Below are positions 52,210-63,786 of a stretch of 64,000 bases of DNA, piece after piece. The notes beneath the pieces were generated by a model, which worked only from the letters and a program-made list of their open reading frames with translations, did not search any database and was not told the origin of the DNA. The DNA is from Felis catus. Taxonomy: Eukaryota. Both the position numbers and the translations under genes were made by a program. The stretch is from contig NC_058369.1 in assembly GCF_018350175.1 (NCBI RefSeq), positions 21,268,001 through 21,332,000 of the forward strand, given 5' to 3'. Position 1 is the first letter of the stretch, and each line of letters starts with the position of its first letter.

Positions 52210-54029
52210 CAATCCCAACTGGTTCCACATCTGGCATGATGGCTTGAGGAGCTCTGAAGACCCCCTCCTCACTGAAACTGGTGAAAATTATTTTCTAAAC
52301 TAACCATTTAAAGTCTCTGGAAGCGGTCCTGAGGGCATACAGCAAATAAAGACACTTTTTTTTTTTCTCAAGAAAATCTACTAAAACCCATTAAGAACAG
52401 TGAGAGCGGGTGGTATCTAAGCTAAGATCAAAGGCCTCCCTCCCCAGTCCCGGCTGAGTGAGACAAAAACTCTACACCAAACTGTAGCCAACAACACAGG
52501 GTTCCCTTTCCATCAGCTCCTAGTCCAAAGGCAATATTCCTGGGAGGGGCAGGACATCATATCTCATCCTGCCCCCCCACATCTGTGGTTAAGGATACAT
52601 TTTGAGAGAGTGCAGCCAAGATGTGGGAATTTCCTTTTTATACCAGGTTAGACTTGTAGGATGGAGGCTGTACCTTGGGAGCAAGACCAATGAAAATACT
52701 GGGGCCCCAATCACCTTTGCCCCAGACCATAAAGTGAAAATCCCATGCTCAGGTGAAGCATGCCAAGAAGACCAGCCCTCCCCGCCACTGAGCTTCTAAA
52801 GTAGGGGTATCACTCATAGACAAGTATGCTATTGTCTTTGCTCCCAGCTGTGTTCAGAGATTTTTCCTGGGGTGAGAAGCAAGACCTAAAACAGCACCAA
52901 AACTTTTCCTTAATGGACTGACCTCATTTAGAACAGAGTGGAAAAACTCAAGCCTACAAGTGCTCTCAAAAACTGGAAGTAGTGGTGAATGGCAACTAGG
53001 AGGAGACTGGTAGAGTCACTGGGTGTATAGGCTAAACTGTGGGCAGCCTACTTTGATGGAGACAACTATGAAGCTGGGAGGAACCCTCCCCCACCCCTAC
53101 CCTGCCCCCCACCCTGGGGTCAAAACAAATTTCAAACACTGACCCTGGGAACTATCCCTTCAAAGAATCCCAAATTTTACTGGATCAGTTTGTGGAGCAA
53201 TGTGTGCCCCAGGACATTGTTGGAAACAGGAGAGCCATCAATTAGCAACTAAAAAACCTTAACACCTAAGGGAAGAACAAGGGAGAGTCAAAAGAGTTCT
53301 GCAAAACCCACCATCGTCCCAAGGTGGCTGTGGATACAACCAAGGCCTTGCCAGCTGAGAGGCAACATCAGATTTACATTGTGGAGACATGAAGACGGGA
53401 AAAATAGACTTTACTAAAAAATTCAGCCAATCACTAAAGAAGCAAATAATAATAGCAACTCTCCTCCCTGGGGAGGCCAGTGCCCAGACTTGTACCATAC
53501 ACTTTCTGAAATGTCCAGTTTTCAATAGACAGTTATAAGACACATACACTGGGGGAAAAAAGAAGGCAAGAGAGGCACTACCTGGGAGAGTAACCAGATA
53601 CTAGAGTTAACAAGCAAAGATATCATCAGAAACATGTTCACAGAACTAAAGAAAACTATGATTAAAGTAGTTGTAAGAAGAGCTCAGTGGAAATTCTGGA
53701 ATGGAAAAGTATAATGACAAATGAAAAACTCAAGAGGGGCTCAACAGTTCATTTGAACTGGCAGAAAGAAAAGTAAGCAGGCTGGAGATAGATCAATATA
53801 TAATTGATAATCAATATATAATATCAATATATAATTCACATTATAGATTGATAGATCAATATATAATTCTTTGATTATATAATCAAAGAACAGGGAGAAA
53901 AGAAAATGAAGTGAATATCACTTCAGAGAAAAGTGGGACTTCACTCAACACACCAACACATGTATAATGGGACCATCAGAAGGAGAAGAGCAAGAAAGGT
54001 GCAGAAAAATTACTTAAATAATGGCTGAG
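52210..54029 (+). mobile_element. Old L1 5'UTR/ORF1 remnant
   Basis: Degraded ORF1-like text (GAAATTCTGGAATGGAAAAGTATAAT, AAATAATGGCTGA) and 5'UTR-like sequence. Boundaries approximate. Confidence 0.6.
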
Positions 54030-54263
54030 CAATCCCTATCAAAATAATACCAGCAATCTTCACAGAGCTAGAACAAACAATCCTAAAACTTGTATGGAAC
54101 CAGAAAACACCCCAAATAGCCAAAGCCAAATCTTGAAAAAGAAAACCAAAGCTGCAGGCATGACAATCCCGGACTTCAAGCTGTATTACAAAGCTGTAAT
54201 CATCAAAACACAGTATGGTACTGGCACAAAAACAGACACTCAGATCAATGGGACAGAATAGAG
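54030..54263 (+). mobile_element. Carnivore L1 ORF2 fragment (left part of the ERV target)
   Basis: AATCCCTATCAAAATA...CTGTATTACAAAGCTGTAATCATCAAAACA..TGGTACTGGCACAAAAACAGACAC, typical of L1 ORF2. Confidence 0.9.
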
Positions 54264-54556
54264 TACGGTAGGGTCCCTTCCCTCAGGAAAGAAAAAAACC
54301 TCAAGGTAACCTGGCTATATGCGTATGTGACAACATCCCTCACAATCTTGTAACATGAGACCACTTAATCAGACTACATGTTTGTGTGTTACCATATATG
54401 GGAGACAAGGAAGCAAAAAATATATAAAAACCCACAGCATGTGGCATTCGGGGCTCAGTTCTTTGGGAACCCAACTGAGTGGTGCTGGCAGGAATAAAGT
54501 TGCTTCCTGGAAAGAAAAGCCTTGGTGTCACGACTCTGTGCGAGAATCCTGCTACA
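54264..54556 (+). repeat. 5' LTR of provirus
   Basis: Direct repeat of 61941-62234. Contains TATATAAAAA and AATAAA, ends CCTGCTACA. Confidence 0.95.
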
Positions 54557-54561
54557 TTACT

Positions 54562-54579
54562 TGGGGGCTTGTCCAGGAT
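54562..54579 (+). other. Primer binding site, tRNA-Pro
   Basis: TGGGGGCTTGTCCAGGAT versus canonical Pro PBS TGGGGGCTCGTCCGGGAT (2 CpG-type mismatches), 5 nt after the LTR. Confidence 0.9.
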
Positions 54580-56899
54580 TCAGAGACAGTTCATTTCCTC
54601 CTGCTTTGCCACCAGGGATATGAACCTCGGAATGCCGGGAGAGGCAGCCTTGCCTGGTGCCAGCAGACCGCTTGATCTGCAGGAGACTAGCCCTCCCAGC
54701 ATGCCGGGGCGAGGACCCCGTGTGCCCCAATGGAACTTGTGAGGCCCAGACACCAGCTCAGGGAGTGCCACCCGGCAGACTGGTAAGAACCTGGGTTCGT
54801 TTTGGCACACCTGCCCCCAAGAGGCAGAAGGGGGGGCCTGATCACCTCCCAGAATTGCCCTAGTAGTTCCACAAGGGGTGAGGAACGAAGCTGCAACTCT
54901 AAGGCACTGGGTAGCAGATTGTGGAGTCGCCGTGTGACTGTGTGTGGGGACTTGTCTCTCATTCATTTCCTGGGTTAATGACTATGATAATTAGAGCCAA
55001 CCGTCTCTGGTTATTCTACCTCAGAACAGGGACTTTAAGGAATATTCCCAAGCAGCTGCCGAAACTCCTTTTGTTTCAGGGAAATTCCCTGTCTTCTCCA
55101 GACTGACACGGACTGCCCAATTCCACTGGTGGAAAACAAAACAACAAAACAAAACAAAACAAAACAAAACAAAACAAAACAAACCTGGAGTCTGCTCCTC
55201 TGTCTGAGCTGACAAGAGTTAAAACTGGGAATTCTCTTTCTCTGCCTTTTGCTGGCACCTCTCCTCTTCTGCCTTCCCTCCCCCGCCTTCTTTTCTGTAC
55301 CACTTTGGAGGTGGCCTGCATAACTGGCTCCTCAATGCCTCAGGCACCATCGGCTCCTCCTCCCACCCTAGAGGTTGTGGAGTAAAGACCACCCACTTCA
55401 GATTTCCCCACTGGTGCCCCAGATACAAATAGACAAGGGGGAACAAATTGATTAACTTTTAAATGGACACAGATGGAACACATTTGGTATTTAAACGGAT
55501 TTAAGTTTTTTGGTTTAAAATAGACATGTCTTTAGAGTTATCAGCATTAAACATATAAAACTGTTTTCTAAAGGTCAAATAAGCTCTTTTATCTCTGTTG
55601 CAATTTGTCAGCAAAAAGGTGACTTAAAATGATGGTTAATTTTGTCTGTCTCAAAGCTTTCGTGGGTAATTGTTAAGATAGCTTTCAAAGTCTTTGGTAA
55701 CCTAAAACGTTAAAGTTTGGCTTGCATGATAAATTGAGATTGAATTCATTGGATATCTAAAGAGATAAGAGGCTAAAGCACTAATCACTAGATGTAGGTT
55801 TGTGCTTCTGACTTGTTGCAGAGAAACTCCAGACATTTGGATCTATGGGAAAACATGCTTTATCCTTAATGGATTCATAATTTTGCCATCTAAAAACATT
55901 CAGATATAACATAAAGTTCACAATTGGTTACTACTTAGTTTTCACTGGAGACTAAGGTTTCTAAGAGGTAAAATTCTACTAAATGTAGTTAAAACTAATA
56001 AAAATAAGACAAGCAACTCTGTATGTAGAAAAGTAGGAGATATGAAAGAAAGATATAAGAAATGGAAATATATTTTTGTTGAAGGTAAAAGAAAGTAATT
56101 TTGTTCTAAATGGGACTGGTTATTTGGAGGAAAATGGCTTGGACAAAATCTAAATGTAAAGAAAAGTTGCAGTAAGTTCATGAAGGAAAATCTTTAAAAA
56201 GAAATTTTATGTGTGGTCAGGATGGACTAAGGTTAAAATAAATGGATTTTAAAAGTACATTGGGTTAAGATTAAATTCCTCCTCTTTTGACCCAAAGGCC
56301 GAGAAAATGATAGCAATACCCTTGGTGCCAGCCTCCAAATCCTCCACATTTCTGTTGTTCCTGTTCAGCAGAGGACTGGATGCCTCTGCCGTATGAGGGA
56401 TGGGTGATGAAGGGCTTTTACTAAGGTACGTGGCAGCCATTTTACTACACTTAGCCCACTGTATGCCAAAAATGGATATCCACACAGCTGAAACATACTT
56501 ATGTGAGCATTGTTGAAAAAGGGGAATAGACCTTGACTTTGGCCCTTTAACCCCCTCCCTCAATGGCCAATGATCAATATGAAAGTTACTGTTGGGCCAA
56601 AATAAAATGAGTGCATCCTACAACAACCAGGAAAGTCTTGCTTGGTCACAGTCCATACCCCAAGGTCCTGCAGGCAGGAAATGGAGGGGTAAGAAAAAAA
56701 CAGGAAAAACCAGGTCAGCTCTTGGAGGTGGGGTCAAGCCTGGGTAAGAATGACTATTAGCACCTCGTGAGACTGGCAGGGCTTTTGGCTGCCAGCCGCA
56801 GAGCCAGCCAAAATGCAGGGACAGGAGATGAGGTTTCTCCTGGCCAGCTATAGGAAACTGAGATAAGGGACAACTTTCTTCCTTTTTCCTATAGATGGT

Positions 56900-57299
56900 T
56901 AATTCCCCAACCAAGGCCATTACTCCTTTGGAATGCATTATGATTCATTTTCTTTTGCACAAAGGTTTGGCCCCAATACAAATTGGAAGAGGGAACCTGG
57001 CCCCCAAAGGGAAATATCAATGACAATACTATCCTACAATCGGACTTGTTTTGCAAATGTGAAGGGAAATGGGGAGAATTCCCCTATGTTCATTGTTTTT
57101 GGGCCTTAAGAAAAAAAATCGAGATATGTGTAAGCAATGTAAGGTGGATCCTAATTTAATGGCAACCCTTTCTGAAGTCCAGCAATCAGTGGGGGGAAGT
57201 AATTAAGGGCCCCTTACCTGTATCTAAAACAGACCTAGAGAAGGAGGAAGGGAGTTCTTTCACCTCAACCTCCTTCTCCTTGGGTCCTCAATCTATTAA

Positions 57300-57356
<57 letters not shown>

Positions 57357-58550
57357 TCTGCTCGCTGCTACTCACCTTATCCAGGCCCTCCTCACACGCA
57401 TGTTTGCCTTACAAGAAGCTAGAATGCCAGAAGAAAAAACCTTTATATTACAAGATTTAAGACAGATAAAAGGAGATCTAGGTAAATTTTCTAATCAGAT
57501 AAGTATATAAGGGCTTTTCAGAACATTATGTATGTTTTTGAGTTGAACTGGAAAGATGTAATGCTTTTGTTAAATCAGACTCTTAGTGACAGATTTTTTG
57601 AAAAAAAACTAAGCAAATCTAAGATTTAGCCCTTAAATTATGCCAATTAGCCACTATTTTACAAACACAAAATGAGAGCCCGATGGCATTCCTGGAGAGG
57701 TTGAGGAAGGCTCTCACTAAATATATGGCTATCTCCCCTGACACCCCTAAGGCTGAGATGGTTTGAAAGGACAAATTTGTCACTCAATCAGCCCTAGATA
57801 TTCAGAGAAAATGCAAAAATTGGCTGTTGGCCTTGAAGGGACCCTGGAGGAACTCTTACAAGTTGCCAATTGAGTATATTACAACCAAAATTAACAAAAC
57901 AAAACAAAACACAAAACAAAACAAAACAAAAAACAGAAAAGGAGGCTTAAAAAAAAAATCTGAGGCCTTAGTGGTGGCCTTCCGTACTACGTCAGACCAG
58001 ACTTCCCGAGGTCCTGGCACCAAGTGCCATTTATATGGCCATTCAGAGCACTAAAATGATGAGAATGTCCTCAGAGGGGACAACCAAAATGAAAACCCCA
58101 TAAGCCATGCCCCTTCTGTGGAGACAATCACTGGAGATCTGAAGGCCCTCGGAGACCTCTATCTGTGAGGGCTCAGATAACCAATGTCCCTGGAAGGGAC
58201 TAACTGGAGTCTGGGGCTCTTCATGGTGGCTCCCCTAAACAAACTGTCTATCAGAAACCCAGAGCCTCGGGTAACTCAGGTAAATACAGAAAGAAAACTG
58301 GTTGATTTCCTTCTTAACACCAGAGCTACCTTTTCTGACCTCCTTTCCACTCCAGGCCAACTATCCAAACGCAGCATGACGATCAGAGGTATCTCCGGAA
58401 AACTGCTAACTAAATTTTTCTCTCAGCCCCTGGGATGTATGTGGGGAAACCTAATTTTTTTTCTCATTCTTTCCTGATAATGCCAGAGAGTCTTACTCCC
58501 TTGCTAGAAAGGGACATTATAACTAAAATAGAGACTATGGTGCTACCAAC
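56900..58550 (+). pseudogene. ERV gag-pro remnant
   Basis: Frameshifted WPQYKL..GTWPPKG..TILQ.DLFCKCEGKWGEFPYV (MA-like), two zinc-knuckle remnants (CHLYGHSEH, CPFCGDNHW), and protease VDFLLNTRATFS...HSFLIMPESLTPLLERDI. Confidence 0.85.
57304..57353. repeat. (AC)n microsatellite within ERV gag
   Basis: About 25 perfect AC units. Confidence 0.95.
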
Positions 58551-58569
58551 TCCAGGACGGGTAAACAAT

Positions 58570-60400
58570 TATGTGAGTTGTTGGAAATTACTGGATATGG
58601 TAGACTGTAGATACCAGGGTTCAGAAAAATAGTTTGCCTACTATATCAATTATTAAAGGAGACTCCCAAAAAAATAAATAAATAAACTGGGGTCTGACTC
58701 CTAGATACCACCGTCTCCAGCCCTTGGTTACAACAGAGCAAAGCAATTACTATTACCAAGCTCACAGAAATAAAAGATCATTAAAACACAGGATCAGGCC
58801 TTTCATTTAGGGAGGGGCAAAACTTATCAAATGACCCAAAGGATGTTTACTGGGAAAAAAATTTGTCAAAGAGAGTTCTGAAAGTAGTATCAGCCTGTGA
58901 AGTATGTCTTAAAAACAATCCTTTCAACCACAAACTTGCTCTCCCAGGCAATCAAGGAACTGGAGGCTATCCAGGAAAGACTAACAATTAGGTTTCACTC
59001 ATATGCCAAGGTCAAAGGAATTCCAACATCTGTGGGTATGGATTGATACTTTCACTAATTGAGTAAAGGCCTTCTTCTGCAAGACAAAAAAGGCACAAAA
59101 AGCAATAAAAGTTTTGCTTTATAAAATAATACCCACTTTTGGCTTACCTAAAATTTTGCAAATTAATAATGGTAAATGGCTGCTTTGACTCTTTCTCTAG
59201 TAGAACTCCTGGCTCTTAAAAAAGTTTTATACCTCAGGGCGCCTGGGTGGCTCAGTCTGTTGAGCGTCCGGCTTCGGCTCAGGTCGTGATCTCACAGTCT
59301 GTGAGTTCGAGCCCCGCGTCGGGCTCTGTGCTGACAGCTCAGAGCCTGGAGCCTGCTTCGGATTCTGTGTCTCCCTCTCTCTGCCCCTCCCCCACTCATG
59401 CTCTGTCTCTCTCTGTCTCAGAAATAAATATACATTAAAAAAAAAGTTTTATACCTCAAAATAAATCAGACCGTCTGCTTATACTCAGCAAAACTCTAAA
59501 TAACACCTCACAAGTAGTAGATGATTTAAAAAAATTTTTTTAATTAAATTAGGGCCAAACTCTTGGAAATAGAGCCACCATTGATTACTTATTACTCCTG
59601 CTCTTCCATCACCTGGGTCATGAGAGATTCCCTGACATCTGTTGTTTACAAAGTCAGAGTCTCTCCTAGGTTGTTTGACAGGTTTGGAAACTGTAGACAT
59701 TATCTTAAGATGCCACCTTGTTGGTCAGTATAATCTTTACTTTGCGTTCTTCTCTTTGTGTCTGCTAATAATTATGCCACCTCATGCCTGCCAGCCTTCC
59801 TGTAGAACCATACTGTGGGCTACTTGACCGACCCTGGGGTAGACTCCAACTGCTGTACTCCCACACTGTCTCTTATCAGCTTAAAAAAGCTAGAACGGTC
59901 ATCGTCCCTGTTTCCTAACAGCAGGTACAGGCCCTATTCTGGGGGAGAAATAAATAGGGAAAGGGTTAACATTAGGCAGGGAGAGATAGGGAAACTTCAG
60001 AAAGCAGACTACAGCTGCAAGTGGGAGGCTAAAGAAGTAGATGGGGTTCTCCCTTTATAAAATCCTTTTTGGGTGCCTTCCCCCCATTATCAAGGGCATA
60101 AGGGGGGATCTAAATGAGATAGGCAATCTAACTCTAAGACAACAGATGCAGGCCCTTGGCTTTACCCTAACCACCTTACACCACTGGGTCAGGGAGCGAT
60201 TCCCTGTGAATCTGACCACAGATGCTCACCCCTTTAAACCAGGAGATGCAATATAGATAAAGGAGTGGAATGTCCAGCCCCTAAAACCCCTCTGCAGGGG
60301 CTCGTTCACTGTCGTTTTGTCCACCCCTACAGCAGTAAAGGTAGATGAAGTGGGTCCTTGGATTCACCACAAGCAGAATGAAGCCAGCATCTCAAAACTG
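58570..60400 (+). pseudogene. ERV pol remnant: most of RT/RNaseH deleted, integrase split by an unexplained ~0.85 kb segment
   Basis: RT-thumb fragment ~58575-58665 (ITGY.RL.IPGF). IN core ACEVC...QLGFTHMP..WIDTFTN..IIPTFGLPKILQINNG to 59172. IN C-terminus GFSLYKILFG..HPFKPGD..LSTPTAVKV..WIHH at 60041-60390. Confidence 0.85.
59237..59445 (+). mobile_element. SINEC nested in the provirus
   Basis: TSD AAAAAAGTTTTATACCTCA at 59218-59236 and 59440-59458. Confidence 0.93.
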
Positions 60401-60799
60401 GGAGTGCATTCCTAATCCACCAATGCTATGCAAGCTGACCATATGAAAAAAGCAATCCGCAATTCCAGAGGCTCCAAGAGACTACAACCCTGCTTTAGTC
60501 ACTCCAGAAGCTGACTAATGTAGGCATGGCAGAAGCTTGAGGAATCGATGGTCCGATGAAACAAAAGACTGTCCTTATTTTCTATGTTTCCGTACTGTGA
60601 TGCACTGTCATGCCTTGTTTCTCACTATTATTGTGATTCTTGCTCTACTCTTTGCCATAGGATTGTCCAAGGCCACCCCAGCCAGCTGGAAATGTGAGAG
60701 GTTTCGGTTAATACTCACCTTCCTTTTGTGGATAGGATACTTCATTGGTACCAACATGGGGAAACAATGGCCATAAGAGACTAAAAAATTAGATTCCCA

Positions 60800-61900
60800 C
60801 AAACTTTATAGTAAAACAACATACCCCAGTCCTACTACCAGGGTTTGGCTCTCAAAAGCTCAATTACTGGGAAAAACTATCTTGCCTAGTGGGGAAAAAG
60901 TTCATCATCGTCTCTGTTAAAAACTTAACATGCCTAGGCCAAAGATTTTATAACTCAACTGCCCAGAAAACCCAATGGTGGGGGACCCCAGATCACCTTG
61001 AGCCAGATCAGATCCCCACCCCTTGTTTAACTTCTCTCACCTCTGATAGGTCTGAGACAATATCAACGCAGCCATCAAATGGCAGGCCCCAGGTGGACTA
61101 TACTAGATATGTGGAAAGACAGCCTATATAGTACTTCCCTCAGTCTGGTCAGGGTCATATGTGCTGAAAACTATTCATCCATCTTTCTTCCTGTTTCCAC
61201 TTGACAGAAACATTTGAGAGTTCAAATGTATAGGGACAGGAGACTCAAAGGAAGAAGCGTGCCTTACAAACTGGCAATTAAAAAGATGATAAATGGCCTC
61301 CCAAGTGTATAATCCATTATTATAGCCCTGCCACCTGGCCAGAAGATGGGTCTTAGGGCTACCGCACTCCCATTTACATGCAAATAAACCACATAATGAG
61401 ACTATAAGCAGTTATAAAAATTATAACCAATAAAACTGCCAGAGCTCTTAACCTACTAGCCAAGCAACAAACCAAAATGTGCCATGCTATCTATCAAAAT
61501 CGCTTGGCCTTAGATTACCTACTTATTTCTGAGGGAAAAGTTTGTAAAAAGTTTAACCTAAGCAACTGCTGCCTACAGATAGATAATGAGAAAAAAAGTC
61601 ATAGAAGAAATCACAAGTCAAATAAAAAGGACTGCTCATGTCCCTGTCCAGACCTGTAACAGTTAAAACCCCGGGGAGTTATTTGGAGGATGGTTTTCAA
61701 CTTTCAGGGGATTCAAAAGTCTCATAAAAATTATCCTCCTAGTTCTGGGAGGTTGCTTAATCCTCCTACCTTGCTTGGGTCCCCTGGTCTGCCTCCAGTC
61801 TCACTGAGGCCATAATTAAAAAAAAAAAAAAAAAAAAAAGGATGGCCACTCATATAATGATGTTATAAAAATATAAACCTCTAAATCAAGATGATGTTCT
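60800..61900 (+). pseudogene. ERV env remnant, ERV3/HERV-E-like TM
   Basis: Furin-like RKKR ~61249-61260, then KDDKWPP..IIHYYSPATW.EDGS.GYRTPIYM, immunosuppressive domain [12 protein letters not shown], and [10 protein letters not shown]. Many stops and frameshifts. Confidence 0.88.
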
Positions 61901-61940
61901 TTGACCCAAAATAGAGGGGTCCGAGCATCAAAGTGGGGAA

Positions 61941-62234
61941 GGTGGTAGGGTCCCTTCCCTAAGAAAAAAAATCTCAAGGTAACCTGGCTATACGGCCTAT
62001 ATGACAACATCCCTCATGACCTTGTAACATGAGACCACTTAATCAGACTACATGTTTGTGTGTTACCATATATGGGAGGCAAAGAAGTAAAAAATATATA
62101 AAAAAGTATGCCAGGTGGCATTCAGGGCTCAGTTCTTTGGGTACGAACCCAACTGAGCAGTACCAACAGGAATAAAGTTGCTTCCTGGAAAGAAAAGCCT
62201 CAGTGTCATGACTCTGCGTGAGAATCCTGCTACA
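61941..62234 (+). repeat. 3' LTR of provirus
   Basis: Preceded by purine tract AAAGTGGGGAA, homologous to the 5' LTR, followed by TSD AGAG. Confidence 0.95.
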
Positions 62235-62238
62235 AGAG

Positions 62239-63556
62239 AACCTAGAAATGGACCCACAAACATATGGCCAACTAAATCTTTGACAAAGCAGGAAAGAATA
62301 TCCAATGGAATAAAGACAGTCTCTTCAGCAAATGGTGCTGGGAAAACTGGACAGTGACATGCAGAAAAATGAACTTGGACCACTTTCTTACACCACGAGA
62401 AAAATAAACTCCAAATGGATGAAAGACCTAAATGTAAGACAGGAAGACATCAAAATCCTCAAGGAGAAAGCAGGCAAAAACCTCCTTGACCTCAACTACA
62501 GCAACTTCTTACTCAACACGTCTCTGGAGGCAAGGGAAACAAAAGCAAAAATGACCTATTGGGACCTCATCAAGATAACAAGCTTCTGCACAGTGAAGGA
62601 AACAATCGGCAAAATTAAAAGGCAACTGATGGAATGGGAGAAGATATTTGCAAAGGACATATCAGATAAAGGATTAGTATCCAAAATCTATAAAGAACTT
62701 ATCAAACTCAACACCCAAATAACAAATAATCCAGGGAAGAAATGGGCAAAAGACATGAATAGACACTTCTCCAGAGAAGACGTCCAGATGGCCAACTAAC
62801 ACATGAAAAAATGCTCAACATCACTCATCATCAGGGAAATACAAATCAAAATCACAATGAGATACCACCTCACACCTGTCAGAATGGTTAACATTAACAA
62901 CTCAGGCAACAACAGATGTTGGCGAGGATGCGGAGAAAGAGGATCTCTTTTGCACTGCTGGTGGGAATGCAAACTGGTGCAGCCACTCTGGAAAACAGTA
63001 TGGAGGTTCCTCAAAAAATTAAAACTAGAACTACCCTATGACCCAGCAATTGCATTACTACGTATTCATCCAGGGGGACACATGCAACCAATGTTTATAG
63101 CAGCACTATCAACAATAGCCAAAGTATGAAAAGAGCCCAAATGTCCATCAATGGATGAATGGATAAAGAAGATGTGGTATATACATACACAATGGAGTAT
63201 TACTCGGCAATCAAAAAGAATGAAATCTTGCCATTTGCAACTACATGGATGGAACTGGAGGGTATTATGCTAAGTGAAATTAGAGAAAGACAAAAGTCAT
63301 ATGACATCACTCATATGAGGACTTTAAGAGACAAAACAGATGAACATAAGGGAAGGGAAACAAAACTAATATAAAAACAGGGAGGGGAACAAAGCATAAG
63401 AGACTCACAAATATGGAGAACAAACAGAGGGTTACTGGAGGGTGTGTGGGAGGGGGGATGGGCTAAATGGGTAAGGGGCACTAAGGAATCTACTCCTGAA
63501 ATCATTGTTGCACTATATGCTAACTAATTTGGATGTAAATTAAAAATACATATATA
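62239..63556 (+). mobile_element. Carnivore L1 ORF2 C-terminus and 3'UTR (right part of the ERV target)
   Basis: ORF track 62332-62799 and 62803-63129 ([33 protein letters not shown]), G-rich 3'UTR, A-tail. Confidence 0.93.
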
Positions 63557-63768
63557 GGGGCGCCTGGGTGGCGCAGTCGGTTAAGCGTCCGACTTCAGCC
63601 AGGTCACGATCTCGCGGTCCGTGAGTTCGAGCCCCGCGTCGGGCTCTGGGCTGATGGCTCAGAGCCTGGAGCCTGTTTCCGATTCTGTGTCTCCCTCTCT
63701 CTCTGCCCCTCCCCTGTTCACACTCTGTCTCTCTCTGTCCCAAAAATAAATAAATGTTGACAAAAAAA
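63557..63768 (+). mobile_element. Young SINEC in the L1 tail
   Basis: TSD AAAAATACATATATA at 63542-63556 and 63764-63778. Confidence 0.93.
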
Positions 63769-63786
63769 TACATATATAAAAAAATA

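Larger units (their letters stand above)
54264..62234 (+). mobile_element. Defective ERV1-class (gammaretrovirus-like) provirus in the NEK4 last intron, antisense to NEK4
   Basis: Paired ~293-bp LTRs, 4-bp TSD AGAG (54260-54263 / 62235-62238), tRNA-Pro PBS, and degraded gag, pro, partial pol and env. Interrupts an L1 ORF2 at ...AGAATAGAG|AACC... Confidence 0.95.

Noticed and set aside
60800..61900. Possible domesticated env (syncytin-like) gene
   Set aside because: Multiple stops and frameshifts and a truncated SU; the longest frames are only 60-80 aa.
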